DNA of 64,000 bases from Akkermansiaceae bacterium (GCA_051251915.1 JBPOGF010000006.1:64001-128000), one strand, 5' to 3'; positions 1 to 12,733 are shown, counted from the first letter of the stretch. Notes: a model not told the origin generated them from the letters alone. Made by a program: numbers and translations.

Positions 1-524
1 GATTCTTGGATGGTGGAGAGGGTGGTGATTTGGTCTAGGGTTTGGTCTGGGGTGGGGATGGTGAGGTTTTCTTTTTGGATTTGGTGGGTGTCGCGGGGGT
101 GGATTTGTGCGGGGTTAGGGTAGAGTTTTTCTGTGAGGTGGAGGCAGGCCCAGGCGCGCCAGATTCTGAGTTTGGCGTTGGGTTGGGTCATGTTCATGCG
201 GGTGGCGAGGTGTTGGAAGTGGCGGACGGGGTTGCCTAGGAATTGGTCAGCAGGGGTGTTCTGGATGATCCAGAGGATGGCGATGTAGGCTTTAGGGAGG
301 TTTTCTGGGGGTAAGTTTTCTGGGGTGGATGCCATGAAGGATTTGTCTAGCTGGAGGATGGCTTGGGCTGGGGAGCCGGTGCGCCAGAGTGACTGGGCGA
401 GTTCTAGGCAGGCGGTGAAGTAGTCTGGGCCGCAGGTTTCGCGATGCTCCCGGGTGTGGGTGATGGGGAGGGGGGTGGTGATGGTGGGGAGCTGAGGGCA
501 GGGTGGATTTGAAAATGGGGACAT
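1..524 (-). CDS. Hypothetical protein, 3' end runs off the window (not in ORF track)
   Basis: Manual translation from ATG at 524: MSPFSNPPCPQLP...LAQSLWRTGSPAQAILQLDK...FLGNPVRHFQHLATRM...RAWACLHL, open to position 1; C/A-rich third positions like other minus-strand genes. Confidence 0.7.
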   Translation of the reverse strand, partial: MSPFSNPPCPQLPTITTPLPITHTREHRETCGPDYFTACLELAQSLWRTGSPAQAILQLDKSFMASTPENLPPENLPKAYIAILWIIQNTPADQFLGNPVRHFQHLATRMNMTQPNAKLRIWRAWACLHLTEKLYPNPAQIHPRDTHQIQKENLTIPTPDQTLDQITTLSTIQE

Positions 525-578
525 TGGATATTGGTTATTGGTTATTGGATATTGGATATTGGATATTGGTTATTGGAT
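523..578. repeat. Heptamer tandem array (ATTGGWT)x8
   Basis: Eight consecutive ATTGGAT/ATTGGTT units. Confidence 0.95.
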
Positions 579-662
579 GATGAAACGGGTTGTGTGGTTA
601 GATTGGGCTTGTTTGTGGGGATGATGAGAGTCAGAAGAGGGGGAGTAAAGCTCTAGTTCATT

Positions 663-1935
663 TTGGATTCTCAACTGTCATCGTCTAAGCGTTCGTTTTT
701 ATCCAAGAGGATTTGGATAGGTGTGGTGTTTTTTTTGTTGGCTGCGGCGCCTGGGTTGTGGAATTCGTCTTTGGTGAATATTTTGAGTGCTTATGGTGCG
801 TTGTGGGTGCTGGATTATACGATGGCTGTGATTCCTGCGATGGCGATTTGTTCTAGTTTGATGTTTGCTTCGCTGGCGGATAGGCGGTATCATGCGCAGA
901 ATTTATTGGGGGTGCTTTCGCTTTCTGGGGCGGTGTTTTTGTGGTTGTCGTTTTCTAGTTTGGAGTGGGGTTGGAGTCCTTGGTGGTTTATGTTTTTTCA
1001 GGCTTGTAATGCGTTTATTGCGGCGCCTTTGTGGGTGTTGTTGACGAAGGTGGCGTTGGTGCATTGTAGGAATCCGGAGAGGGATTTTCCGTTGTTTAAG
1101 ATTTGGGGGACTGTGGGGTGGTTGTTGGCTGGGGTGTTGGTGAGTTGGTTGGCGCTGGATGCTTCTGCGACTACGGGGAAGATGGCTGGGTATTTGCGGG
1201 TGGTGATAGGGGTGGCGGCGTTTATGATGCCTGAGACTCCGCCGGTGATTAGTGCGCGGAAGTATTCGTTGAGGGAGAAGTTGGGGTTGGGGGCGTTGGT
1301 GTTGTTAGAGAACAGGAAGCTGAAGGTTTATTTTGTGACGACGTTGATTTTTACGATTCCTTTGGCGTCATTTTACTTGTATGCGCCTAAGTTGCTGATG
1401 GAGTTGGCGGCGGTGGATAGGAGTGGGTTTGCGCTGGGGGTGCAGGCTTGGTTGCCGGGGCCGACTGCGCAGATGACGCTGGGGCAGATGACGGAGATTG
1501 GGGCGTTGTTGTTGATGAGTTATCTGGGTGTGCGGGCGCGGGTGAGGATGTTGGTGGCGCTGGCGATGGTGTTAGGGATGTGTCGGTTTGCGTTGTTTGC
1601 GCTGGCGGGGGAGCATGAGTTGTTGGCGTTGATGTGGCTGGGGGTGTCGCTGCATGGGTTGGTGTTTACTTTCTTTTCTGTGACTGGGCAGATGTTTGTG
1701 GATAGGCGGGTGCCGAATGAGATGCGTGCTCAGGCGCAGGCGTTGATGTCACTGATGACTTCAGTGGGGGCGGTGATAGGGCCGTTGGTGGTGGGGCAGT
1801 TGTATCGGCATACGGCGGGGGAGGATTCTGGGCAGGATGGGTGGTATGCTTGGCCGTTGTTTTGGTGGGTGCTGACGGGGGTGGTGTTTTTGTGTTTGGT
1901 GTATTTTGTGAATGGGTATAGGGATCGGGGGAGTG

Positions 1936-1940
<5 letters not shown>
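663..1940 (+). CDS. MFS transporter, nucleoside:H+ symporter (NupG/XapB-like)
   Basis: About 12 hydrophobic segments; motifs LADRR, FPLFKIWGTVGW, MTLGQMTE, LHG, VP.EMRAQAQAL. Confidence 0.8.
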
Positions 1941-4402
<2,462 letters not shown>

Positions 4403-4512
4403 TCAGAGGTCATGGGTTGAGTGGTCATTGGTCTGGGTTGATGGAAATGCGCACACACGAGTTTGAAAAAAACAGACAAGACAAACTGGCAAAGAACTGC
4501 TATTGTGTAGTT

Positions 4513-4731
4513 ATGAGAGAAAGGATAACGTTTAATTCTAAACAGTGTGGAGGGCGTCCTTGTATACGTGGAATGCGGATACGAGTGCAGGATGTGCTTA
4601 GTATGCTGGCTTCAGGGATGACTCAGGAAGAGATCTTAGAGGATTATGATTATCTCGAAGCTGATGATATTATTGCGTGTCTTGAGTATGCTGCTGCGGA
4701 AATGGCTCATCCTGTTTTAGTAGCTCAGTGA
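4513..4731 (+). CDS. DUF433-family antitoxin
   Basis: MRERITFNSKQCGGRPCIRGMRIRV...EEILEDY.YLE..DI.ACL.YA; start moved to ATG 4513; overlaps next gene by 4 nt. Confidence 0.9.
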   Translation: MRERITFNSKQCGGRPCIRGMRIRVQDVLSMLASGMTQEEILEDYDYLEADDIIACLEYAAAEMAHPVLVAQ

Positions 4732-5063
4732 AGATAGAGTTTATAGTAGATGCACAGCTGCCTGTGGCTCTTGCAAAAGCGATATGTGATGAGGGTTATA
4801 AGGCGGAGCATGTAGCTAGGGCTTTGCAGTTAGATGCTGAGGACGCAGAGATATGGGAACTGGCTGGGCGTGAGTCATTGGTGATAATTAGTAAGGATGA
4901 TGATTTTGCTAAACGTTTAAAGCAAGTGAAAGTGGCTCCTGTAGTGGTGTGGGTGAGGGTTGGTAATGTTCGAAATAAGGTTTTAATTGATTGGTTTAGG
5001 GAGTTGTTACCACAGGTGGTAGAGTTGATTAATCAAGGTGAAGTTCTTATAGAAATCCGTTAA
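4728..5063 (+). CDS. DUF5615 / VapC45-type PIN-like toxin
   Basis: FIVDAQLP, D.EIW, IISKDDDF, VVWVRVGN; coupled to DUF433 gene. Confidence 0.9.
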   Translation: MKIEFIVDAQLPVALAKAICDEGYKAEHVARALQLDAEDAEIWELAGRESLVIISKDDDFAKRLKQVKVAPVVVWVRVGNVRNKVLIDWFRELLPQVVELINQGEVLIEIR

Positions 5064-5155
5064 GCAGGGTTCTTTTTTTTGAGTGTAGATGGGGGGTGGT
5101 TATTTAACACTTCTTGGAGGTTGCTTTTGTGGGGGGGAGTGGGTAGCTGTTTGGC

Positions 5156-5593
5156 ATGACTGATACACAACTTGGGATTATTGTTGGGGGGCTGGTGCCG
5201 GCTTTGCTTTTTGGTATTGCGGGGATATGCCAGAAGCTTAGTAATCAGCATGGGATAAGCACGGGGGCTTATGTGCTGAGTGTGGGGATAGGTGTGGTGT
5301 TGGTGGGGGTGGCGCTGTGTCTGTGGAATACTTCTCAGACAGTGAGTGTGAAGGCTGTGATTCCTGCGGTGGCGATGGGTTTGTGCTGGGGGGCTGGTAT
5401 TGTTTTGGTGGCGATGGCGATTAGTAACTATAAGACTACGTTGTCGGTTCTGGCTCCGCTTTATAATATGAATACGCTGGTGACGGTGGTGGGGGCGTTG
5501 TTTATTTTTTCTGAGTGGAAGGATGTGAATGTGGTGAGGTTGATTATGGGGTCTGTTTTGATTGTGGCTGGAGGGGTGTTGGTTTCTTCTTAG
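5156..5593 (+). CDS. Small DMT/EamA-like membrane protein
   Basis: Five hydrophobic segments; PLYNMNTLV...FSEW...GSVLIVAGGVL. Confidence 0.65.
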   Translation: MTDTQLGIIVGGLVPALLFGIAGICQKLSNQHGISTGAYVLSVGIGVVLVGVALCLWNTSQTVSVKAVIPAVAMGLCWGAGIVLVAMAISNYKTTLSVLAPLYNMNTLVTVVGALFIFSEWKDVNVVRLIMGSVLIVAGGVLVSS

Positions 5594-5670
5594 GTTTTCT
5601 GGAGAATGAATTAACCTGGGTTGATATGTTTATTATTCATTGACACGGTTACTTATTTTCATAGTGTTTT

Positions 5671-6351
5671 ATGCCTATGAAAGATATAAAAACTCTTATT
5701 GTTACATCTTCATTGATGTTTTGTTCGGTGTCCTCTGCTGTAAATGTGATTTATGATTGGCAACCTGCTGGTGATCAAGGTCTTCAGGGGTGGACTACTA
5801 TTTATTCTGATCCTGCGAATGCTAGTTTCACAGGCTATGCCTTTGCAGACTATGATGATCAGCTTGGTTCTCCTCAAGTGGCTTCGTCTCAGGATGCTGC
5901 TCATACTACTCTTCTTGTGGAGAGTCCTGAATTTGGTATCACTGCAACAAGCGCTATTTCGTTTGTTCTTATCGAGGGGCAGCCACAGGTTGCTCTTGTT
6001 TCAAATTTTAGTGATCTACCTACTACATCAAGTAACACTGATGGGTACATAGGCTTAGCTCTTCAGCGGGTTTCTGATGGTGCCTATCTTCTTGATCAAG
6101 GTAGGACGGCTAATGGTAATAGTGGTAACCCTCAAACTTTCGGATGGACTAGTGGCGACCTCGCTACTGCTACAGCAGGTGATCTAGCTACTGAAACCTA
6201 CACGCTTCATCTTATCGATTATAAGCATGGTGGGTGGGGACATGTAGGACTTGAGTCAGCTAGTCTTACCGATGTAATCCCAGTACCGGAGCCATCTGCA
6301 TCAATGTTAGGACTGCTCGGTATGGTGGCTTTTCTACGACGTAAACGTTAG
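5671..6351 (+). CDS. PEP-CTERM surface protein
   Basis: Signal peptide; C-terminus VPEPSASMLGLLGMVAFLRRKR. Confidence 0.92.
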   Translation: MPMKDIKTLIVTSSLMFCSVSSAVNVIYDWQPAGDQGLQGWTTIYSDPANASFTGYAFADYDDQLGSPQVASSQDAAHTTLLVESPEFGITATSAISFVLIEGQPQVALVSNFSDLPTTSSNTDGYIGLALQRVSDGAYLLDQGRTANGNSGNPQTFGWTSGDLATATAGDLATETYTLHLIDYKHGGWGHVGLESASLTDVIPVPEPSASMLGLLGMVAFLRRKR

Positions 6352-6387
6352 TTGAAGTGAGCTGATAGCATATAACTATTTTATACT

Positions 6388-6419
6388 AAGGACGATTCTA
6401 TTGGGGTCGTTCTTTTTTT
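6388..6419 (+). terminator. Intrinsic terminator
   Basis: AAGGACGATTC/GGGGTCGTTCTT stem with G-U pairs, then T-run. Confidence 0.7.
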
Positions 6420-6476
6420 ATTTGTGGGGGCTAAGTTTTTGCTTTTGTGGTTCGTTGTGTATGTAGCTCTTTTGTT

Positions 6477-7316
6477 ATGATAGGATTTTTTGGTAAATTG
6501 ATTGTTTTTTGGATGTTATTTTCTTCTTCGGCTTATGCTAAACAGTCAGAGGTGGGGGTGGCTTTGACTGAATTTCTGGAAGTAAATAGAGCTAAGGAGA
6601 TCACAGAGGTTCCTAAGGAAATTAGAGATCTTAAGGTGACTTATTTATTCCGCTTTTCGTCTAAGCCTTTGTTGCCGACTGAAGGGGATGAAGACGTTTT
6701 TGTGCTTTTTTTGAAGAGTGGGAAATTTAGCTATAGGTATCTTTTTAGTGTGGAGGAAAGACGGTGGGATAGGAGTAAGAGTTATTCTGTTGAAGAGGTG
6801 TTAGAGGTGAAGAAAATTGTTGAGTATGCTGTTCATGAGATAGAAGGGTCTGGCATTAGGATTCTGTCTCACTATTTTAAAAAGCTACCTCCAAAAGGTC
6901 TAGAGGCGCCAGCAGGGACAACAAAGGTTAAAACGATGGAGGATTATGAAAACTTAGTGATGGCACAGAGGAGGTTTGAGAGTGAAGCGATGTATAGTTC
7001 TGAGCAACTTGTGTTGCTGCGGAAGCTTTTTCCGGGTGAGTCTGTGTCAGAAGAGGAGGCGGGTAGGTTGCTGTTGTTTAAGGGGAGAGGTCTGGGTGAT
7101 TTTGTGAGTATGTATGGTTTTCCTGCGCTTACTCGGGTGCATTATAATCTGAGGAAGATTGATGGAGGTTTGGTTATTTGGCGATATGCTTTTAAAGGAA
7201 GTATTGTTTTTGAGTTGGGTTTAAAGCGGTCTGAGACTGGTATTGTGATAGGGAGGTGTTATTTTTTTGATCTTGATGATCCTAGGAGAGTTATTGAAAT
7301 GAATGAATTGAAGTAG
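6477..7316 (+). CDS. Hypothetical secreted protein
   Basis: Long ORF; signal-peptide-like start ending SSAYA; no recognised domain. Confidence 0.6.
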   Translation: MIGFFGKLIVFWMLFSSSAYAKQSEVGVALTEFLEVNRAKEITEVPKEIRDLKVTYLFRFSSKPLLPTEGDEDVFVLFLKSGKFSYRYLFSVEERRWDRSKSYSVEEVLEVKKIVEYAVHEIEGSGIRILSHYFKKLPPKGLEAPAGTTKVKTMEDYENLVMAQRRFESEAMYSSEQLVLLRKLFPGESVSEEEAGRLLLFKGRGLGDFVSMYGFPALTRVHYNLRKIDGGLVIWRYAFKGSIVFELGLKRSETGIVIGRCYFFDLDDPRRVIEMNELK

Positions 7317-7334
7317 GTCTGACTGGTGGGCTTA

Positions 7335-7356
7335 CCGACCGGAGGTCGGAGGCACG
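7335..7356. repeat. Short GC hairpin, REP-like, between convergent genes
   Basis: CCGAC-CGGAG-GTCGG; single copy in the window. Confidence 0.35.
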
Positions 7357-7363
7357 GGGAGGA

Positions 7364-7510
7364 TTAGCTGAATTTTATGTTTACTAGGAGCCAGGCTAGG
7401 GCGAATGTGGCTGCTGTGATGAGGAGGGTTTTGGTGATGAATAGGATGGTGTCTAGGGGGTAGTTTGGTGGGGGTTCTAGGGTGTCGTTGTCTTGTTGTT
7501 GTTTGGTCAT
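7364..7510 (-). CDS. Small membrane protein (48 aa)
   Basis: MTKQQQDNDTLEPPPNYPLD followed by one hydrophobic helix; the longer ORF-track start runs through a tandem repeat. Confidence 0.5.
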   Translation of the reverse strand: MTKQQQDNDTLEPPPNYPLDTILFITKTLLITAATFALAWLLVNIKFS

Positions 7511-7573
7511 GGGATGTGGGGTGTTGGGATGTGGGGTGTTGGGATGTGGGGTGTTGGGATGTTGGGTGTTGGG
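7511..7573. repeat. 15-bp tandem repeat (GGGATGTGGGGTGTT)x4
   Basis: Three identical units plus one variant. Confidence 0.95.
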
Positions 7574-7575
7574 CG

Positions 7576-9045
7576 TTAGACTCTGAGGAATACTTTTTTG
7601 CGGTACATGATAAAGAGGATGGTCCACCAGGTGAGGATGAAGGCGATGGTGGTGATGAGGGGTTGGTATTGTATTTTGTAGAAGTGGTCGATGGTGCCGG
7701 CGAAGAGTTTGTTGCTGGTTTCTTGGATGTTGAATAGCTTGAGGGCCATGTAGATGGTGATGGAGTTCATGCCGATGACGATGAAGAAGAAGGCCCAGTG
7801 CCAGAAGCCGATGGCGTCCATGATGAGGTAGAATGCGCCTAGGAGCATGAGGCTCCAGCCTAGGGTGTGGAGGACGAATGTGGGGCTCCAGAAGCTTTTG
7901 CTGATGATCATGTGGGGTTCTAGGTAGATGGAGGCGTAGTAGAATGCGACGCCTGAGGCTCCGAGCATGATGGCTTTGAGGAATTTGTTCCAGGTGGATC
8001 TGGTTAGGAATGATCCGGTGAGTGAGCCGATGATGGCGACGACGGCTCCTGAGATGGGGAGGAAGAGGCCTTCTGGGTCGAAGTTAGGGGTGTAGAGTTT
8101 CCAGGGGATCCATTGGCGGTCGATGTAGCCGGTGAAGACTCCTTCTGGGGTGAGGACTCCGGGGCCGTGGCCGGGGACGTTGATGAACATGAGTGCGGCG
8201 TAGTATCCGCCGAGGAGGCCGAGTGCCCAGATGATGCGGTGTTTTACGTCTGAGTAGATGAAGATGAGGCCGGCGATGAAGTAGGAGATGCCGATGAATC
8301 CGAGTACGCTGAAGAGGCGGGTTTCTGCGAGGGGCTTGAGGTCGAGCCCGCCGTTGTAGATGATGCCTAGGAGGATGAGGAGGAGGGCTCGGATGGAGAT
8401 TTTTCCGAGGAGGGAGGCTTTTGAGGCGCCGTTGTCTATTTTCTTTCCTAGTGAGATGGGCATGGAGACGCCTGCTAGGAAGAGGAAGAGGGGGAAGATG
8501 AGGTCGTAGAAGGTGAAGCCTGCCCAAGTGGAGTGCTGTAGCTGGGTGGTGGCCCATTGGAGCCATGGCCAGTCGAAGAGTTTGGCTAGCTGGAGGAGGA
8601 GGATGTTTCCGCCTACGATCCAGAACATGTCGAAGCCACGGAGGGCGTCTACTGAGTGGATGCGTTCTGTGGTGGTGGGTGTGTTTGGGTGAGTTTTGGG
8701 TACAGGGACTGGTGCGGGCGAAGGGTATTCCACATCTACGGGTTGGAGGCCGTGGTGTTCTACGGTTTCGTATTCTGGTTGAGTTCTTTGTCCGAAGTGT
8801 TGGGGGCTGGGCTGTGGCACGGTGTCAGCGTCAAGGTAGATGTCTGGTGCGGGCTGATCATTGGTGCCTTGGAGGAGGGGTTCGAAAAGTGGTTCTTTGA
8901 CGATGGATGCGGTTGTGTTGTTGGTGGGTTCATCGAGACGGATTTCTGGTGCTATTTGTGTTTCCACGGGAGGTTGTGGAGTAGGGGGTGTAGCGTCTGA
9001 GTTGTCAGTAGGCTCGATGTTTTCTGGTAGGGGGTTCAACGACAT
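7576..9045 (-). CDS. HGSNAT/NagX-like membrane acyltransferase with long Pro/Thr-rich N-terminal extension
   Basis: RIHSVDALRGFDMFWI, H..W.GFTFYDLIFPLFLF, FDPEG, ISKSFWSPTF, IGMNSI. Confidence 0.85.
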   Translation of the reverse strand: MSLNPLPENIEPTDNSDATPPTPQPPVETQIAPEIRLDEPTNNTTASIVKEPLFEPLLQGTNDQPAPDIYLDADTVPQPSPQHFGQRTQPEYETVEHHGLQPVDVEYPSPAPVPVPKTHPNTPTTTERIHSVDALRGFDMFWIVGGNILLLQLAKLFDWPWLQWATTQLQHSTWAGFTFYDLIFPLFLFLAGVSMPISLGKKIDNGASKASLLGKISIRALLLILLGIIYNGGLDLKPLAETRLFSVLGFIGISYFIAGLIFIYSDVKHRIIWALGLLGGYYAALMFINVPGHGPGVLTPEGVFTGYIDRQWIPWKLYTPNFDPEGLFLPISGAVVAIIGSLTGSFLTRSTWNKFLKAIMLGASGVAFYYASIYLEPHMIISKSFWSPTFVLHTLGWSLMLLGAFYLIMDAIGFWHWAFFFIVIGMNSITIYMALKLFNIQETSNKLFAGTIDHFYKIQYQPLITTIAFILTWWTILFIMYRKKVFLRV

Positions 9046-9144
9046 GGTTACTAGTTTAGTGACAAGTAGTTGGATGTGCCAATCAGAAAATTTACAATCT
9101 GGATGTTATTGGTGGCGGATCTGGTGGGCTGAGGGTATAAAGAA

Positions 9145-9507
9145 TTAGATTTCGTAGAGGATGTTTTCGCTGGTGGATGCGTCGCGGTTGAGTTTATCGC
9201 AGACGAGTCGGCACATTTCTAGGACGATGACTTCGCTGATGGAGTAGATGACTTGGTTGCCGGATTTTTTGCGTTGTAGGAGGTCTGCATCGAAGAGGGT
9301 TTTTAGTTGTTTTGAGACATTGGCTTGGGAGGTGTCTAGTTTGTCGACGAGCTGTCCTACGCTGCATGGGCCGTCTTTGAGTTCGCGGAGGATGAGGAGT
9401 CTGGTGGTCTCGGACATGGCTTTGAAGATGCGAGATACTCGTTCTAGTTGTTCGCGCCCTAGCGCGTCACTGTTGGTTTGAGTTGTGCTGTTTGATTTAC
9501 TTGCCAT
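9145..9507 (-). CDS. ArsR/SmtB-family regulator
   Basis: FKAMSE.TRL.IL..L..GP.SVGQL...SQANVSKQLK.L. Confidence 0.9.
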   Translation of the reverse strand: MASKSNSTTQTNSDALGREQLERVSRIFKAMSETTRLLILRELKDGPCSVGQLVDKLDTSQANVSKQLKTLFDADLLQRKKSGNQVIYSISEVIVLEMCRLVCDKLNRDASTSENILYEI

Positions 9508-9622
9508 GGAATTAAATTACTACGTTTTAAGAGGGTTCGCAATTCAGAAATGTTGTCATGTTAGGAATATGGCTAAGTAGTTATGTGGGGAGCGGATTAA
9601 AAAAATGAAGATGTGAGTAGGA

Positions 9623-11863
9623 CTATTTGGGATTGTAATCTTGGATGGTTTCGTAGTGGAGGTGTTTGTCTTCTTGGGTGATGGTGACGGCTCCGGATTG
9701 ATTTAGGAGGTAGAGGTTGATGCCTTGGTTTTTGATGGCGTTGATCCAGGTGGTGGAGCGGGATTGGTCTGGGGGGAAGTGGGAGTGGGTGGCGATGATG
9801 GTTTTGGGGGAGAGGAGTTCTATTATGTCTGGGTGGAGGGAGTCGTCTAGTTTGTGTTTGCCTAGGATGAGGATGTCAGGGGTAAGTTTTGGGAGGGAGT
9901 CGTTGTGAAGGCGTTGGCGTAGCCAGTGGGTGAGTTGGTAGCCGCCGTCGTTTAGGAATAGGATGCGTTTGCCGTGCCAGTGGAGTAGGAAGACGAGGGT
10001 GCGGTCGTCTGCGTAGGTTTGTGATGTGGGTGGGGAGTGGATGAGTTCTAGGTTGATGCCATCGGCGATGGGGAAGGTGGTTTCTGGGGAGTGGATGATG
10101 TGGGTTCCTTTTTGTTGGGCTGTGTGGAGGAGTTGGTTGTAGGTGGTGCTGCGGGATGTTCCGGGTGGGGTGAGGAGTTGTTTGATGGGAAATTCTTGGA
10201 GTGCTTGGGTGAGGCCTTGGACGTGGTTGATGTCTGGGTGGGAGGCGATGAGGGTGTCTAGTCTGGCGCCATTTTTGTCTAGGCTGGGGAAGATTTCTCC
10301 GTAGAAGTGTGGTTTGTTACCTGCGTCTAACAGGATGCCTCCGCCTAGTGAGAGGTAGGCAGCACCGCCGCCTTTGGAGAGTGAGTAGATGACGATGCGC
10401 TCGCCGGTGGACCAGGGTTGGGCGTGGTATCTGGAGTTGGGGATGGAGGCGAAGAAGTGGGAGATTCCGTGTGCTGCGTTTGCGGTGTGGGCGTTGAGTT
10501 GGTTGATATTTTTTCCTAGTGTGGGGGAGATGGAGCCGAGGGTGAGTGAGAGGCAGCAGGTTCCTAGGAGGAGGAAGACGATGAACATGAGGGGGACGCT
10601 GGCGATGATGGCGATGGGGGTGATGAGTCCGAAGTAGAGCCAGATGAGGAAGGATGAGCCGAACCATGCGCTGGTGGAGATGGCGAGGGAGTCAGAGGAT
10701 TTTTTTCTGAGGTTGAGCCAGGCTTGTTGTTTTTTGGTGAGGAGAGATTGTGGGAAGAAGGGGTCGATGCAGTTGATCCATTGGTAGCGGTTCATGCACC
10801 AACTGCCGGTGAAGGCGATGGCGATGAGGACTGCGTAGGAGAGCTGGAAGCCGGGGAGGAATAGGGTGTGGGTGTTCCAGAGGAGAGCGATGATGCCGCT
10901 GAGCCAGAGGCAGTTTGGGAGTGAGGGCTTGCGGAGTAGGAGGATGGCGGTGAGGACGATGGCTCCCATGATGCTGGCGCGTAGGGCTGGTGGGCGCATG
11001 CCGGTGACGATGGCGTAGAAGAACATGAGCAGGATGACGGAGGGTATCCAGATGTTAGATGGGAGGCGGCATAGCTTGAGGAGGAGGGCGAAGATGAGGC
11101 CGATCATCATGACGTGGAGGCCGCTGACGGCGAAGACGTGGATGGTTCCGCTGTGCTTGAAGTCGGTGATGATGTCGCCGTTGCTGTCAGGTTTTTCTCC
11201 TAGGAACATGGCTAGGATGACTTTGGCGGAGTCGGTGTTCTCGATGCCGGAGGTAAGTTTTTGGCGGATGTAGTGGCGTGAGGATTCTGCGAATGTGTGG
11301 AGTTTATGGGTGGTGGCTATTTGTTCTGTGGGGATGGCGTGGTCTGCCCAGAGCTCGATGGCGATTCCTTGACGGTGGAGGTAGTCTGGTTTGTTGAAGA
11401 CGCGTGGGTTCATGGCTGGTCTTGGGAGGCGGATGGTGCCTTTGAGCCAGATTTTTTCTCCTACTTGGAGGTGATATTTTTCGGGGATGTAGGCGATGAT
11501 TTTTGAGCCGGTGATTTTTTCTGGGCCTTGGAGGATTTTGATGATGGCTTCTGTGGGGCGGCCAGGGGAGGAGTTAGACGGGGAGTCGATGATGCCGTAG
11601 ATTTCAGTGGGTTGGGCATCTAGGGATGTGGCTTCACGTTGATTTGTTAGAGTTTGGTGGTGGAGGAGGCTGCCTGAGAGAGCTAGAGCGAAACTGATTA
11701 AAAAGAGTTTTCTAGATGTGAGTGTGGTAATGAAGAGGACGAGGAATAAAGAAACCCAAGTGAGGGGAGATCCGTTGTCTACAGAAAGGATGGCCAGTGT
11801 TAGGCTGGCGAATGGGAGGAGTAGTGGCTGTCTGAGGAGCCAGATTTGGGAGGTTTTGAGCAT
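9623..11863 (-). CDS. comEC: ComEC/Rec2 DNA uptake channel
   Basis: OB-like region; competence domain GTIHVFAVSGLHV, GFQLSY; C-terminal MBL-like LLDAG, SHPDINH. Confidence 0.92.
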   Translation of the reverse strand: MLKTSQIWLLRQPLLLPFASLTLAILSVDNGSPLTWVSLFLVLFITTLTSRKLFLISFALALSGSLLHHQTLTNQREATSLDAQPTEIYGIIDSPSNSSPGRPTEAIIKILQGPEKITGSKIIAYIPEKYHLQVGEKIWLKGTIRLPRPAMNPRVFNKPDYLHRQGIAIELWADHAIPTEQIATTHKLHTFAESSRHYIRQKLTSGIENTDSAKVILAMFLGEKPDSNGDIITDFKHSGTIHVFAVSGLHVMMIGLIFALLLKLCRLPSNIWIPSVILLMFFYAIVTGMRPPALRASIMGAIVLTAILLLRKPSLPNCLWLSGIIALLWNTHTLFLPGFQLSYAVLIAIAFTGSWCMNRYQWINCIDPFFPQSLLTKKQQAWLNLRKKSSDSLAISTSAWFGSSFLIWLYFGLITPIAIIASVPLMFIVFLLLGTCCLSLTLGSISPTLGKNINQLNAHTANAAHGISHFFASIPNSRYHAQPWSTGERIVIYSLSKGGGAAYLSLGGGILLDAGNKPHFYGEIFPSLDKNGARLDTLIASHPDINHVQGLTQALQEFPIKQLLTPPGTSRSTTYNQLLHTAQQKGTHIIHSPETTFPIADGINLELIHSPPTSQTYADDRTLVFLLHWHGKRILFLNDGGYQLTHWLRQRLHNDSLPKLTPDILILGKHKLDDSLHPDIIELLSPKTIIATHSHFPPDQSRSTTWINAIKNQGINLYLLNQSGAVTITQEDKHLHYETIQDYNPK

Positions 11864-11885
11864 TGGAGGGTGGTGGTGTACTTGG

Positions 11886-12494
11886 CTACACCGACTTCAC
11901 CTCCACTTCGTAGCCTAGTTGGCGTAGTTGTTGCATGGCGTTGGCGCTGTGTCTTGTGCTTGGGTATGCTTCGATGACTTCTGAGAGGGTGGCGGCTCCT
12001 GCTGCTGGGTCTTCGCAGTCATCTAGCTGCCATTCTGAAATACGGAAGAGGAGGAATGCGCCATCTTCTTCTGACCATTCATTTTCGTCATAGGCTTCTC
12101 TGAGGGCAGAGGCGGCGAGTTGTGGTTGTTCAAGTTTTTCTGCGTAGAGCTTTGCCATGTCTGTCCATGCTAATCTGTTAGATGGTTCTTTGATGATGGC
12201 TTTTCTGTATGCTACGACTGCATTTTCATAGTCACCTTGGGCGACTAGTGCTCTGGCTTCATGGAGGATGTCTTGCTCGGCAGTTTCATTAGCATCTGCA
12301 TACATGGACTGGGCTGCCTTGTGCGAGAGGGCGGGAAGGACGTAGAAAACTGAGAGTAATCCAAAGAATAGTCCGGCGCAGATGGTAGAGAGTAGACGAG
12401 AGAATGTGCCTGCGTCACTACCGTCTGAGTATGAGTTATAGACGTAGTATGCGATGAAGGCGCCGATGATGCCTAGGATTATTTTGGATGCCAT
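11886..12494 (-). CDS. Membrane-anchored TPR-like protein
   Basis: Two N-terminal TM segments; TPR-like ARALVAQGDYENAVVAYRKAI..EP.N..AW. Confidence 0.7.
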   Translation of the reverse strand: MASKIILGIIGAFIAYYVYNSYSDGSDAGTFSRLLSTICAGLFFGLLSVFYVLPALSHKAAQSMYADANETAEQDILHEARALVAQGDYENAVVAYRKAIIKEPSNRLAWTDMAKLYAEKLEQPQLAASALREAYDENEWSEEDGAFLLFRISEWQLDDCEDPAAGAATLSEVIEAYPSTRHSANAMQQLRQLGYEVEVKSV

Positions 12495-12604
12495 GTTGTT
12501 GATTGTTTATATAGGATTAACTAACAGTATGACAAAAAACGAAGACAGATCAAGAAAACATAAGAATTTTAGATTGAAACTCATTTTGAGTCTCAGTTGT
12601 ACAT

Positions 12605-12641
12605 AAAAATCTCACAGGTGTAAATGAACACCGGTGAGATT
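12605..12641 (-). terminator. Intrinsic terminator
   Basis: AATCTCAC.GGTGT/ACACC.GTGAGATT inverted repeat, T-run on minus strand. Confidence 0.75.
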
Positions 12642-12733
12642 AATTGAAAGCCTTGTGGTAGCCTTGAAAGTGATAAATCTTTAATTAAGCGCAATGCATG
12701 CCTTTTCAACAGCGATGGATACTAGAGATAGTC

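Noticed and set aside
7511..7627. PNTPH-repeat N-terminus of ORF 7364..7627
   Set aside because: Arises from reading through a 15-bp DNA repeat and overlaps the upstream gene; ATG 7510 is the more plausible start
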